From: Anaerolineales bacterium
GTDB lineage: Bacteria > Chloroflexota > Anaerolineae > Anaerolineales > DRMV01
Reading direction: 5' to 3'
Assembly: GCA_026991215.1 (NCBI GenBank)
Contig: JALXBY010000244.1
Span: forward strand, 1 to 50,296
DNA length: 50,296 nt
Part shown: positions 23,652-32,779 of the stretch, one piece after another
Layout: each line of letters opens with the position of its first letter
Numbering within the stretch: position 1 is the stretch's first letter
Notes under the pieces: model-generated
Told to the model about the DNA's origin: nothing
Database searches by the model: none
What the model saw: only the letters and a program-made list of their open reading frames with translations
Made by a program: the position numbers and the translations under genes

Positions 23652-23680
23652 TTGACAGCCCCGCCATATGGCCTTACGCT
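23652..23680 (+). promoter_or_regulatory. Sigma70-like promoter candidate: TTGACA - 17 nt - TACGCT
   Basis: A consensus -35 (23652-23657), a 17-nt spacer and a TAnnnT -10 (23675-23680) are present. It lies 38 nt upstream of the mini-ORF ATG, which also has an AAGGAGG SD. Confidence 0.4.
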
Positions 23681-23717
23681 ATTTGACGCAATTTTCTTAC
23701 ACTAAGGAGGGGGAGCG

Positions 23718-23792
23718 ATGCGCACGAAGTTGTTGCTCATCGGGCTGATGGTGATGGCGCTGGTGTTGGCTGCGGGCTGCGTCCCGGCCTGA
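23718..23792 (+). CDS. 24-codon mini-ORF encoding only a lipoprotein-type signal peptide (MRTKLLLIGLMVMALVLAAGCVPA)
   Basis: My own translation shows AAGGAGG 7 nt upstream, a positively charged N-terminus, a hydrophobic core and a lipobox LAAG|C followed by 3 residues and TGA. It could be a leader peptide, a micro-lipoprotein or a gene remnant. Confidence 0.35.
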   Translation: MRTKLLLIGLMVMALVLAAGCVPA

Positions 23793-23813
23793 AGCCATCG
23801 CCCTACGGCCCAG

Positions 23814-23833
23814 GGGCCGCCGCAAGGCGGCCC
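23814..23833 (+). terminator. GC hairpin GGGCCGCC-GCAA-GGCGGCCC downstream of the mini-ORF (weak U-tract)
   Basis: An 8-bp perfect stem with a GNRA loop lies 21 nt after the mini-ORF stop. It is followed by TGATAATTGT. Confidence 0.3.
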
Positions 23834-23890
23834 TGATAATTGTCAAAAGAAAGCGGGTGGGGGAGGGCATTGCCCTCCCCGGAATTTCGG

Positions 23891-23936
23891 GGCCGCTGCA
23901 AGGCGGCCGGTTTTTGTGTCTGCTCCGGCTTTTTTG
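23891..23936 (+). terminator. Two overlapping intrinsic-terminator-like hairpins, each followed by a T-run
   Basis: The first is GGCCGC(t)-GCAA-(g)GCGGCC followed by GGTTTTTGTGT. The second is GCCGG-N14-CCGGC followed by TTTTTT. The two stems share nt 23906-23908, so they are mutually exclusive. Confidence 0.45.
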
Positions 23937-24028
23937 GTATCCTCAAAACGACATGCCCCCCTGTGGGTTTTGGGAAAGCGGCACCGCCAGCATCCAGGTT
24001 GGGTGTATCCTCACGTGGAGAGCAAGCC

Positions 24029-25123
24029 ATGGGGACGCAAACGGCCCGACGTATCCGCATCCTGGCCCTGGAATCCTCCTGTGACGAAACCGCGGCCTCG
24101 GTGGTGGAAAACGGTCGGGTGATTTTGAGCCACGTGGTGGCTTCCCAGGCCGCGCTGCACAGCCAGTACGGTGGGGTCTTCCCGGAGATGGCGGCGCGGC
24201 AGCACCTGCGCACCTTCTACCCCGTGGTGGAACAGGCCTTGAAGGAAGCCCACGTGGGCTGGAAGGACATCGACGCCCTGGCCGTGACGCGGGGGCCGGG
24301 CCTGCCGGGTTCCCTGGTGGTGGGCGTCAACTTCGCCAAGGGCCTGGCCCTGGCCACGGGGTTGCCCCTGCTGGGCATCCACCATCTGGAGGCCCATATC
24401 TACGCCACCTGGTTGCACTTCGAAGGCGCACGGCCGCCCAAGGTCCCGGGCTTCCCCCTGGTCATCCTCATCGTTTCCGGCGGCCACACGGAACTCATCT
24501 GGATGAAGGACCACTTCCAGTACCGTCGCCTGGGCGGTACCCGGGACGACGCGGCCGGTGAGGCCTTTGACAAGGTGGCCCGCCTGTTGGGTCTGGGCTA
24601 CCCCGGCGGGCCGGAAATCGAGCGCGCGGCCAAGGACGGCAACCCCCGGGCCTTCGACTTCCCCCGGGCCCGGCTGCCCGGCACCTGGGACTTTTCCTTC
24701 AGCGGCCTGAAGACCGCGGTGCTCCGCACCGTGCAGACCTGGCAGAAGACCCGCCGCGACCCCCTGCCTGTGGCTGACCTGGCCGCGTCCTTCCAGGAGG
24801 CCGTGGTGGACGTGCTGGTGGAAAAGACCGTGGCCGCGGCCCTGGAATATGGCGCGCAGGGCATCGTCCTGGTGGGCGGCGTGGCCGCGAACCAGCGGCT
24901 TCGGACCCGCCTCAAGGAGGCGGCCACCGTGCCCGTGTACGTCCCCCCGCGGCCCCTGTGCACCGATAACGCCTCCATGGTGGCCGCGGCCGCGTACTAC
25001 CGCTTCGTGGCCGGGCAGCGGGACGACCTGGCCTTCGACGTGCTCCCCACCTGGCCCCCGCCCGAACTGGAACCGCCGCCCCACCCCGAAGCCCTCGCCG
25101 CGGAAAACGGCGCCGACCGCTAA
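24029..25123 (+). CDS. tsaD: tRNA N6-adenosine threonylcarbamoyltransferase
   Basis: Motifs present are RILALESSCDETAASVV, GIHHLEAHIYA, LIVSGGHTEL, DDAAGEAFDKVARLLGLGYPGGP and LVGGVAANQRLR. The start is moved to MGTQTARR because the track start at 23840 reads through the terminator hairpins. Confidence 0.93.
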   Translation: MGTQTARRIRILALESSCDETAASVVENGRVILSHVVASQAALHSQYGGVFPEMAARQHLRTFYPVVEQALKEAHVGWKDIDALAVTRGPGLPGSLVVGVNFAKGLALATGLPLLGIHHLEAHIYATWLHFEGARPPKVPGFPLVILIVSGGHTELIWMKDHFQYRRLGGTRDDAAGEAFDKVARLLGLGYPGGPEIERAAKDGNPRAFDFPRARLPGTWDFSFSGLKTAVLRTVQTWQKTRRDPLPVADLAASFQEAVVDVLVEKTVAAALEYGAQGIVLVGGVAANQRLRTRLKEAATVPVYVPPRPLCTDNASMVAAAAYYRFVAGQRDDLAFDVLPTWPPPELEPPPHPEALAAENGADR

Positions 25124-25186
25124 CCGCCGACCGCGCAGTCCGCAGTGCGCACTGCGGACTGCGCGGTCGGCGGTTAGCGGTCGGCG
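25111..25186. repeat. Period-7 tract (CGCCGAC CGCTAAC CGCCGAC CGCGCAG TCCGCAG TGC|) and its mirror, containing the palindrome centre
   Basis: Read directly. The tract begins in the last codons of tsaD, and the centre forms GTGCGCAC at 25145-25152. Confidence 0.8.
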
Positions 25187-26268
25187 CCGTTTTCCGCGGC
25201 GAGGGCTTCGGGGTGGGGCGGCGGTTCCAGTTCGGGCGGGGGCCAGGTGGGGAGCACGTCGAAGGCCAGGTCGTCCCGCTGCCCGGCCACGAAGCGGTAG
25301 TACGCGGCCGCGGCCACCATGGAGGCGTTATCGGTGCACAGGGGCCGCGGGGGGACGTACACGGGCACGGTGGCCGCCTCCTTGAGGCGGGTCCGAAGCC
25401 GCTGGTTCGCGGCCACGCCGCCCACCAGGACGATGCCCTGCGCGCCATATTCCAGGGCCGCGGCCACGGTCTTTTCCACCAGCACGTCCACCACGGCCTC
25501 CTGGAAGGACGCGGCCAGGTCAGCCACAGGCAGGGGGTCGCGGCGGGTCTTCTGCCAGGTCTGCACGGTGCGGAGCACCGCGGTCTTCAGGCCGCTGAAG
25601 GAAAAGTCCCAGGTGCCGGGCAGCCGGGCCCGGGGGAAGTCGAAGGCCCGGGGGTTGCCGTCCTTGGCCGCGCGCTCGATTTCCGGCCCGCCGGGGTAGC
25701 CCAGACCCAACAGGCGGGCCACCTTGTCAAAGGCCTCACCGGCCGCGTCGTCCCGGGTACCGCCCAGGCGACGGTACTGGAAGTGGTCCTTCATCCAGAT
25801 GAGTTCCGTGTGGCCGCCGGAAACGATGAGGATGACCAGGGGGAAGCCCGGGACCTTGGGCGGCCGTGCGCCTTCGAAGTGCAACCAGGTGGCGTAGATA
25901 TGGGCCTCCAGATGGTGGATGCCCAGCAGGGGCAACCCCGTGGCCAGGGCCAGGCCCTTGGCGAAGTTGACGCCCACCACCAGGGAACCCGGCAGGCCCG
26001 GCCCCCGCGTCACGGCCAGGGCGTCGATGTCCTTCCAGCCCACGTGGGCTTCCTTCAAGGCCTGTTCCACCACGGGGTAGAAGGTGCGCAGGTGCTGCCG
26101 CGCCGCCATCTCCGGGAAGACCCCACCGTACTGGCTGTGCAGCGCGGCCTGGGAAGCCACCACGTGGCTCAAAATCACCCGACCGTTTTCCACCACCGAG
26201 GCCGCGGTTTCGTCACAGGAGGATTCCAGGGCCAGGATGCGGATACGTCGGGCCGTTTGCGTCCCCAT
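25174..26268 (-). CDS. tsaD: Mirror copy of 24029..25123: tRNA N6-adenosine threonylcarbamoyltransferase
   Basis: Exact reverse-complement twin (x -> 50297-x) with identical translation. Confidence 0.93.
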   Translation of the reverse strand: MGTQTARRIRILALESSCDETAASVVENGRVILSHVVASQAALHSQYGGVFPEMAARQHLRTFYPVVEQALKEAHVGWKDIDALAVTRGPGLPGSLVVGVNFAKGLALATGLPLLGIHHLEAHIYATWLHFEGARPPKVPGFPLVILIVSGGHTELIWMKDHFQYRRLGGTRDDAAGEAFDKVARLLGLGYPGGPEIERAAKDGNPRAFDFPRARLPGTWDFSFSGLKTAVLRTVQTWQKTRRDPLPVADLAASFQEAVVDVLVEKTVAAALEYGAQGIVLVGGVAANQRLRTRLKEAATVPVYVPPRPLCTDNASMVAAAAYYRFVAGQRDDLAFDVLPTWPPPELEPPPHPEALAAENGADR

Positions 26269-26504
26269 GGCTTGCTCTCCACGTGAGGATACACCCAACC
26301 TGGATGCTGGCGGTGCCGCTTTCCCAAAACCCACAGGGGGGCATGTCGTTTTGAGGATACCAAAAAAGCCGGAGCAGACACAAAAACCGGCCGCCTTGCA
26401 GCGGCCCCGAAATTCCGGGGAGGGCAATGCCCTCCCCCACCCGCTTTCTTTTGACAATTATCAGGGCCGCCTTGCGGCGGCCCCTGGGCCGTAGGGCGAT
26501 GGCT

Positions 26505-26579
26505 TCAGGCCGGGACGCAGCCCGCAGCCAACACCAGCGCCATCACCATCAGCCCGATGAGCAACAACTTCGTGCGCAT
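26505..26579 (-). CDS. Mirror copy of 23718..23792: lipobox mini-ORF
   Basis: Exact reverse-complement twin. Confidence 0.35.
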   Translation of the reverse strand: MRTKLLLIGLMVMALVLAAGCVPA

Positions 26580-26669
26580 CGCTCCCCCTCCTTAGTGTAA
26601 GAAAATTGCGTCAAATAGCGTAAGGCCATATGGCGGGGCTGTCAAGCCTCGAACCGGAATTTTCATCGA

Positions 26670-26763
26670 TTTATCAGTCGATGGTCGTTGGTCGATGGTC
26701 GTCAGTGGTCGATCGTCGGTGGTCGTCAGTGGTTGGTGGTCGATGGTCGTTGGTCGATGGTGG
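26670..26763. repeat. Mirror copy of heptamer tract 23534..23627
   Basis: Exact reverse-complement twin. Confidence 0.85.
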
Positions 26764-27433
26764 ATTGGGGGTTGAGGCCCAGGGCCTGGGTTGTGGTGGG
26801 GTCCAGCAGGTCCAGGGCGGCCAGGAGCGCGAGCACCATGCGAGCCGTGGCCCCCCAGATAACGTGTTCCTGGGGGCCATAGGGGTGAAAGAAGAACACG
26901 GGGTAGGGCCTCGCGCCCGGCAGGGCCCGCCAGACCTGCACCCGGTGCTCCGGCCGGGCCAGCCAGTCCAGGGGCACGGTGAACACCTCGGCCACTTCCT
27001 CCTGGGCCGGCCGGAGGGGGTACGGCCAGGGGATGCGCCCCACCACCGGCGTGACCAGGTAATCGGTCACCGTGCGGACCCGGGGCAGCCGGCCCAGCAC
27101 CCGCACGTCCTGGGGCCGCAGCCCGATTTCCTCCGCGGCCTCCCGCAGCGCGGTGGCCTCTGGCGAAGGGTCCTGGGGTTCCACCCGGCCGCCAGGGAAG
27201 GAGACCTGGCCGCTGTGGGGGTCGTGTTCGTGCCGGGCCCGCCGGATGAAAAGCAGGTGCCAGATGCCCTCATGCCGAAGCAGGGGGACCAGCACCGCGG
27301 CCGGTCGTGCGGTACGTTCCGAACCCGGCGGGCCCAGCCAGGGCAGGTGGCGGGCGGCCTGGCTCAGCGCGGCCAGGCGTCGTTGCCAGTCCTCGTCCCG
27401 TTCGGGCAGGGGGAGCGGGGCCGCGGTGCTCAT
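26726..27433 (-). CDS. Mirror copy of 22864..23571: Nudix hydrolase
   Basis: Exact reverse-complement twin, with the identical 235-aa translation in the ORF track. Confidence 0.85.
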   Translation of the reverse strand: MSTAAPLPLPERDEDWQRRLAALSQAARHLPWLGPPGSERTARPAAVLVPLLRHEGIWHLLFIRRARHEHDPHSGQVSFPGGRVEPQDPSPEATALREAAEEIGLRPQDVRVLGRLPRVRTVTDYLVTPVVGRIPWPYPLRPAQEEVAEVFTVPLDWLARPEHRVQVWRALPGARPYPVFFFHPYGPQEHVIWGATARMVLALLAALDLLDPTTTQALGLNPQSTIDQRPSTTNH

Positions 27434-27454
27434 CCCATAGGTCCTGAAGGGCCT

Positions 27455-28801
27455 TTAATCCTGCTCGCGGGGGAGCATGCCTTTGAGGAGTTCCGCCAAC
27501 GTGGGCTGGCCAATCTCTTGCAGTTCGTACCGTACGGGGAACACGGGCACGTCCACCTGCACCACCCGCCGCAGGTCGATGGGCGTGGCCGCGAGCACCG
27601 CGTCCACCTGGGCGCGGCGGATGGTCGCCTCCAGTTCCCGAATCTGCTCCCGGCCATACCCCAGGGCAGGGAGCACCGGCCCCAGGTGAGGGTAACGCTC
27701 GTAGGCTTCACGAATCGAACCCACCGCGAAGGGCCTGGGGTCCACCGGTTGGGCATGGAAGCGCCGCGCGGCCAGGTACGCCGCGCCGTAGCCCATCTCA
27801 CCGTGGGTCACCGTGGGGCCGTCTTCCACGGCCAGCACGCGGCGGCCCATGACCGCGTGCACGTCCCCTTCCAGCGTAAAGGGCATCGCGGCCTCGACGA
27901 TGCGCAGGTCCGGGTTCAGTTCCAGAAGGCGCTGCCGCACGGCCAGCACGTCCTCGTAGGCCGCGGTATCCACCTTGGTGATGACCGCGATGTGGGCCAT
28001 GCGCGCGTTGGTCTCGCCAGGGTAATAGGTGGCCTCATGGCCCTTGCGCAAGGGGTCGGCCACCACGATGTGCACGTCGGGCACGAAGAAGGGCAGGTCG
28101 TTGTTGCCCCCGTCCCAGAGGATGACGTCAGCCTCGGCCTGGGCCTGTTCCAGGATGCGGGCATAGTCCACGCCTGCGTACACCACCATGCCGTTGCGCA
28201 GGTGCGGCTCGTACTCCTCCCGTTCCTCGATGGTGCACTCGTAGCGGTCCAGGTCCTCGAAGGTGGCGAAGCGCTGCACTACCTGCTTGCGGAGGTCGCC
28301 ATAGGGCATGGGATGCCGGACGATGACCACCCGGTAACCCCAATCACGGAGCAGGCGGGCCACCCGGCGGGTGGTCGGGCTTTTGCCCGCGCCCGTGCGC
28401 ACCGCGGTGACCGCGACCACGGGCTTTGCCGCCTTGAGTTGGGTGCGCTTTGGCCCCAGCAGCCAGAAATCCGCGCCCGCGGCCTGGGCTATGGCCGCGC
28501 GGTGCATCACGTATTCATGGGAGACGTCGCTGTAGGAAAAGACCGCGACGTCGATGTCGTGCTCCCGAATCAAGCGGGGGAGGTCGCTTTCGGGGTAGAT
28601 GGGGATGCCTTCGGGGTAACGGGGTCCCGCGAGTTCCGGCGGGTACCGACGGCCTTCGATGTTGGGAATCTGCGTCGCGGTAAAGGCCACCACGTGGTAG
28701 GCAGGGTTCTCCCGGAAGAACACGTTGAAGTTGTGGAAATCCCGGCCTGCCGCGCCCAGAATGACCACCCTTCGGGGCCTTGCGCTTTCCCGTTGGGTCA
28801 T
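27455..28801 (-). CDS. Mirror copy of 21496..22842: COG2403-type P-loop protein
   Basis: Exact reverse-complement twin. Confidence 0.6.
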   Translation of the reverse strand: MTQRESARPRRVVILGAAGRDFHNFNVFFRENPAYHVVAFTATQIPNIEGRRYPPELAGPRYPEGIPIYPESDLPRLIREHDIDVAVFSYSDVSHEYVMHRAAIAQAAGADFWLLGPKRTQLKAAKPVVAVTAVRTGAGKSPTTRRVARLLRDWGYRVVIVRHPMPYGDLRKQVVQRFATFEDLDRYECTIEEREEYEPHLRNGMVVYAGVDYARILEQAQAEADVILWDGGNNDLPFFVPDVHIVVADPLRKGHEATYYPGETNARMAHIAVITKVDTAAYEDVLAVRQRLLELNPDLRIVEAAMPFTLEGDVHAVMGRRVLAVEDGPTVTHGEMGYGAAYLAARRFHAQPVDPRPFAVGSIREAYERYPHLGPVLPALGYGREQIRELEATIRRAQVDAVLAATPIDLRRVVQVDVPVFPVRYELQEIGQPTLAELLKGMLPREQD

Positions 28802-28818
28802 TGGAGATTCCTCCTTCG

Positions 28819-28909
28819 TCATTCGTCGATGGTCGTTAGTCGATGGTCGTTGGCCGTTAGCAGTTAGCAGTTAGCCGACCGCCGACTGCCGACCGCTGAC
28901 TGCGGACTG
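28819..28909. repeat. Mirror copy of heptamer tract 21388..21478
   Basis: Exact reverse-complement twin. Confidence 0.9.
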
Positions 28910-28919
28910 CCGCCCGCCG

Positions 28920-29444
28920 TCACTTCGCCTGTTCCAGGGCCTGGATGAGGATCCGGCAGAAGGCGGGGATGTCCTGGACCACCCGGCCCCAGACCAGGTT
29001 GCCCTCCTGGAAGGCGGGTTCGTCCACCCAGGTGGCCCCGGCGTTGATGAGGTCGTCGCGGATGCCCACCGAACCCGTGGCCCGGTGCCCGGCCACGATG
29101 CCTGCGGAAATCAGCACCCAACCGCCATGGCAGATGCTGGCCACGATTTTGCCCTGCTGGTACACCCCCCGGACCAAATCCAGCACGCCGGGGTCGCGGC
29201 GGAGTTTATCCGGCGCCCAGCCGCCGGGTACCACCACCGCGTCCACATCGTTGGGGGAAAGGTCCTTCGCGGCGACCGTCGCGGTCGCGGTCAGGCAGTG
29301 CTTGCCCCGGTAGGTGCCGGGCTTGCGGCTGGCCACGATGACCTCCGCACCGGCCTCTTCCAGGCGCATCCGGGGCACCCAGAACTCCAGGTCCTCAAAC
29401 CCCTCTTCGACCAGCACGACCACGCGCTTGCCCTGCAACGTCAT
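28920..29444 (-). CDS. Mirror copy of 20853..21377: DJ-1/PfpI-family protein
   Basis: Exact reverse-complement twin. Confidence 0.88.
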   Translation of the reverse strand: MTLQGKRVVVLVEEGFEDLEFWVPRMRLEEAGAEVIVASRKPGTYRGKHCLTATATVAAKDLSPNDVDAVVVPGGWAPDKLRRDPGVLDLVRGVYQQGKIVASICHGGWVLISAGIVAGHRATGSVGIRDDLINAGATWVDEPAFQEGNLVWGRVVQDIPAFCRILIQALEQAK

Positions 29445-29580
29445 ACACGCCTCCTTATGGAATGGGCTTCGGGGCCTCAGGCGTTCACGCCCGCTATCCG
29501 GCCCCCTCGCGGATGGCTTCACAACCCCTGGCGATTATACCTGGCCCTTCCCCCACCTCAGGGGCGGGCACTGCCCTCCC

Positions 29581-29643
29581 CCGACGAACGACCACCGACC
29601 ACCGACCAACGACCAACGACCATCGACCATCGACCACCAACCA
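29581..29643. repeat. Mirror copy of heptamer tract 20654..20716
   Basis: Exact reverse-complement twin. Confidence 0.9.
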
Positions 29644-29689
29644 CATCAAGTACAATCGAAGGCACCCCATCGTGGAGGAGGCTGAACGC

Positions 29690-30322
29690 ATGGACCATGG
29701 CCTTATCCATGGCTGGCTTGAGGTCATCACCGGACCCATGTTCAGCGGCAAGACCGAAGAACTCATCCGCCGGTTGCGCCGCGCCCGGATTGCCCGCCAA
29801 CCCGTTCAGGTCTTCAAACCCCTGCTGGACAACCGTTACGACCGCAAGCAAGTTGCCTCCCACGCGGGGGCCCGGTTTGAAGCCATCCCCATCGCCCGCC
29901 CAGAAGAAGTCTTCCGCCACCTGAAGCCCGAAACCCGGGTGGTGGCCATCGACGAAGCCCAGTTCTTCGACGAGACCATCGTGGACGTGGTGCGGAAACT
30001 CACGGACCGGGGCCTGCGGGTCATCGTCAGCGGCCTGGATATGGACTTCCGGGGCGAGCCCTTCGGCCCCATGCCCCTGCTGCTGGCCCTGGCCGACGAG
30101 GTCACCAAACTCCACGCGATTTGCATGGTCTGCGGGGGCCCCGCGACCCGCTCCCAGCGGTTGATCGACGGCCGTCCGGCCCGGTACGACGACCCCGTGG
30201 TGCTGGTGGGCGCGCAGGAACTGTACGAACCCCGCTGCCGCGCCCACCACCGAGTGCTTCCGCCCGTGAAGGAGGAGAAGGACCATGACCAGGATGGTGC
30301 AGGACTACCGGGAGTACCTTAA
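29690..30322 (+). CDS. tdk: Mirror copy of 19975..20607: thymidine kinase
   Basis: Exact reverse-complement twin. Confidence 0.9.
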   Translation: MDHGLIHGWLEVITGPMFSGKTEELIRRLRRARIARQPVQVFKPLLDNRYDRKQVASHAGARFEAIPIARPEEVFRHLKPETRVVAIDEAQFFDETIVDVVRKLTDRGLRVIVSGLDMDFRGEPFGPMPLLLALADEVTKLHAICMVCGGPATRSQRLIDGRPARYDDPVVLVGAQELYEPRCRAHHRVLPPVKEEKDHDQDGAGLPGVP

Positions 30323-30875
30323 GGAAATCCTGATTCCCGAAGACGTGCTCCAGCAGCGCATCGCGGAACTGGCCGAGGAAATCAACCGGGACTACGAAGG
30401 CAAGGTCCCCCTGCTGGTCTGCATCTTGCGGGGCGGCGTGATGTTCCTCACCGACCTGGTGCGCTACCTGCGCATCCCCCATGAAATCGACTTCATGGCC
30501 ATCCAGTCCTACGGCGTGGGCCGCCGCGAGCCAGGCGAAATCCGCCTCACCATGGACCTGCAGAGTTCCATCCGGGACCGGCACGTCATCCTGGTCGAAG
30601 ACATCATCGATACCGGCCACACCATCTCCCAGGTGCTCCGCCTGCTGGAGGTGCGGCAGCCCAAGTCCATCCGGGTGTGCGTCCTGTTGGACAAGCGGGC
30701 CCGCCGGGAAGTGGACGTACCCATCCACTACCGGGGGTTCGAAATCCCCAATTACTTCGTGTTCGGCTATGGGCTGGATATGGACGGCTACTGGCGCAAC
30801 CTCCCCTTCATCGCGGTGCCGGACCTGAACAAGTACCGGCCCCCGCGTACCCTGCCTGGGGAGGAAAAGGATTGA
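30285..30875 (+). CDS. hpt: Mirror copy of 19422..20012: hypoxanthine-guanine phosphoribosyltransferase
   Basis: Exact reverse-complement twin, with the identical 196-aa translation. Confidence 0.92.
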   Translation: MTRMVQDYREYLKEILIPEDVLQQRIAELAEEINRDYEGKVPLLVCILRGGVMFLTDLVRYLRIPHEIDFMAIQSYGVGRREPGEIRLTMDLQSSIRDRHVILVEDIIDTGHTISQVLRLLEVRQPKSIRVCVLLDKRARREVDVPIHYRGFEIPNYFVFGYGLDMDGYWRNLPFIAVPDLNKYRPPRTLPGEEKD

Positions 30876-32386
30876 GTACGCTGCACCCCCTGCCCGAACT
30901 GGCCGTTGAGGTGCGCCGGCTCCTGCCGGCCGACCTGCCCGTGCACCTGGTGGGCGGCGCGGTCCGGGATTGGCTCTTGCAGCGGCCTGTGGTCGATATG
31001 GACTTCGTGCTGCCCCATGGCGCCCTGGGCTGGGCCCGGCACGTGGCCCGGCACCTGCAGGCCGATGTCTTCCCCCTGGACCCGGAGCGGGACGTGGCCC
31101 GCGTCATCCTCCAGACCGCCCAGGGTCGGCGGGTGCTGGACTTCGCGGCCTACCGGGGCCCGACCTTAGAGGACGACCTCCGCCTGCGGGACTTCACCAT
31201 CAACGCCCTGGCCGTAGACCCCCTGCAGCCCCACCGCCTCATCGACCCCACCCACGGCCTGCAGGACCTCAAGGACCGCCGGTTGCGCCTGTGCTACCCC
31301 CAGGCCGCGCTGGACGACCCCGTGCGGGTGCTCCGGGCCGTTCGCTTCGCGCTGGAGTTGAACCTGACCATCCTGCCCGAAACCCGCAAGGCCCTGCGAC
31401 TGGCCGCGGCCCGGCTCACCCTGGTTTCCCCCGAACGTGTACGGGACGAACTCTTCCGGCTTTTGGGCCTCCGGGCCTTCCCTTCGGCCCTGCGGCTGCT
31501 ACAGCGGTTGAACGGGCTGGCGCCGGTGCTCCCCGAAGCCGAGGCCATGACCGAAGTGGCCCTGCCCCCCAGTTACGGCGAGGACCGGACCCTGTGGGAC
31601 CATACCCTGCATACGCTGGAACACCTGCAGGACCTGCTGGACGCGCTGCTGCCCCCCTACGACCCGGACAAGGTGGCCAACGTCTTTTTGGCCCAGGTCT
31701 CCTGGCGGCTGGGCCGTTACCGCCACCGGCTGGCCGACTACCTGCGGGAAGAGATGGCCGGCTTCCGCCCGCGGCTGGGCCTGCTCAAACTGGGGGTGCT
31801 GTATCACGACGTGGGCAAACAGCAGGTACCGGTCCTGCATCCCGACCCCGAAGCCCACGCCCGGGCCGGCCGGGTCATCATCGAGGAACGGGCCAGGGCC
31901 TTGCGCCTGGCCCGGGAAGAGGTCCGCTGGCTGGGCCGCTTCGTAGGGCAGCACATGTGGCCCCGGCGTTACCAGAAAGGGACGCTTCCGGAGCCGGTGG
32001 ACCTGTATCGCTTCTACCGTACGGCCGGCGAAGCAGGGGTGGCCCTTGGGCTGCTCCACCTGGCCGATTTCCGGGCCAAAGCCGGCCTCAAGGTCCCCCG
32101 TTCGGCCTGGAACCACCAGGTGGATGTGGTCCGCCGCATGTGGGAGGCCTGGTGGGAACACCGGGAGACGTGGGTGGACCCGGTGCCCCTGCTCCGGGGC
32201 CATGACCTGATGCAGGCCCTGGGCCTGAGCCCGGGCCCCCTCCTGGGCCGGATTCTCGAAGCCCTGAAAGAGGCCCAGGTCGCCGGCGAGGTGACCACCC
32301 GGGAACAGGCCCTGGACTGGGTCCGTGCCTGGCTGCAAACCCAGGGGCCGGATTACGGGAAGATATCCTCCAGCAACGGTTCGTAG
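30872..32386 (+). CDS. Mirror copy of 17911..19425: CCA-adding / poly(A) polymerase-family enzyme with HD domain
   Basis: Exact reverse-complement twin. Confidence 0.8.
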   Translation: MSTLHPLPELAVEVRRLLPADLPVHLVGGAVRDWLLQRPVVDMDFVLPHGALGWARHVARHLQADVFPLDPERDVARVILQTAQGRRVLDFAAYRGPTLEDDLRLRDFTINALAVDPLQPHRLIDPTHGLQDLKDRRLRLCYPQAALDDPVRVLRAVRFALELNLTILPETRKALRLAAARLTLVSPERVRDELFRLLGLRAFPSALRLLQRLNGLAPVLPEAEAMTEVALPPSYGEDRTLWDHTLHTLEHLQDLLDALLPPYDPDKVANVFLAQVSWRLGRYRHRLADYLREEMAGFRPRLGLLKLGVLYHDVGKQQVPVLHPDPEAHARAGRVIIEERARALRLAREEVRWLGRFVGQHMWPRRYQKGTLPEPVDLYRFYRTAGEAGVALGLLHLADFRAKAGLKVPRSAWNHQVDVVRRMWEAWWEHRETWVDPVPLLRGHDLMQALGLSPGPLLGRILEALKEAQVAGEVTTREQALDWVRAWLQTQGPDYGKISSSNGS

Positions 32387-32652
32387 GTGCAGCGGCAACC
32401 CAGGGGGTGGGAACAATCCGGGACCGGCAGTTCCGGCGCTTCTTCCTTGGGATACGTGCCCTCAACAAAACGGCAGGCTGCGCAGGCGTCATCGCTGACC
32501 ACCACCCGCACGTAGCGCACCGCGGGGTTGCTCCGCAGAATGCGCAACACGTCCTGGGGCTTCAGGTCCAGGTGGTAGCCGCAGTAGGGGCAGTCCCCCG
32601 TGGGGATGTGGATGGCTTTGCCGCAACGGGGGCAGGTGTACACTTCGGTCTT
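32353..32652 (-). CDS. Mirror copy of 17645..17944: zinc-ribbon protein
   Basis: Exact reverse-complement twin. Confidence 0.6.
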   Translation of the reverse strand, partial: KTEVYTCPRCGKAIHIPTGDCPYCGYHLDLKPQDVLRILRSNPAVRYVRVVVSDDACAACRFVEGTYPKEEAPELPVPDCSHPLGCRCTYEPLLEDIFP

Positions 32653-32779
32653 GACGTCCATGGGCATGCCTCCTGGAAAGGCTGATTCAAGTATACTTGC
32701 CCCGTGTTTCGGGGGCCGGTCCCCCTGACCTGTGTCCCGACCCCTTGCGCGTCCATCCCTGCCCTGTGGAGGTTGCGCC

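Larger units (their letters stand above)
1..25148. repeat. Left arm of a perfect spacerless inverted duplication; 25149..50296 is its exact reverse complement
   Basis: The window termini are reverse complements (gcgcgcctggtcggg... / ...cccgaccaggcgcgc). The centre reads cgcagtgc|gcactgcg at 25148|25149. Every ORF in the supplied track has a twin at 50297-x on the other strand with an identical translation. Confidence 0.97.

Noticed and set aside
21430-23667. 745-aa minus-strand ORF, the longest in the track
   Set aside because: It runs antisense across two well-supported plus-strand genes (COG2403-type and Nudix). It has a Gly/Arg/His/Pro/Val-rich, motif-free composition typical of stop-codon-poor antisense frames in roughly 70% GC DNA, and its ends lie in the heptamer repeats.
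23793-24028. A known structured RNA (tRNA, SRP RNA, tmRNA, 6S, RNase P or a riboswitch) in the 236-nt gap upstream of tsaD
   Set aside because: I see no cloverleaf and no conserved SRP, tmRNA or RNase P signature sequences by eye. The structures look like simple GC hairpins and terminators. This is left as an open low-interest finding rather than an RNA gene call.
25100-25200. The palindrome centre as a hairpin-telomere resolution site, a dimer junction of a linear replicon or phage, or a replication origin
   Set aside because: The arms carry core chromosomal genes (purH, tsaD, hpt, tdk) and no replication, partition, telomere-resolvase or phage genes. The centre is only a low-complexity heptamer tract. 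This cannot be fully excluded without reads.
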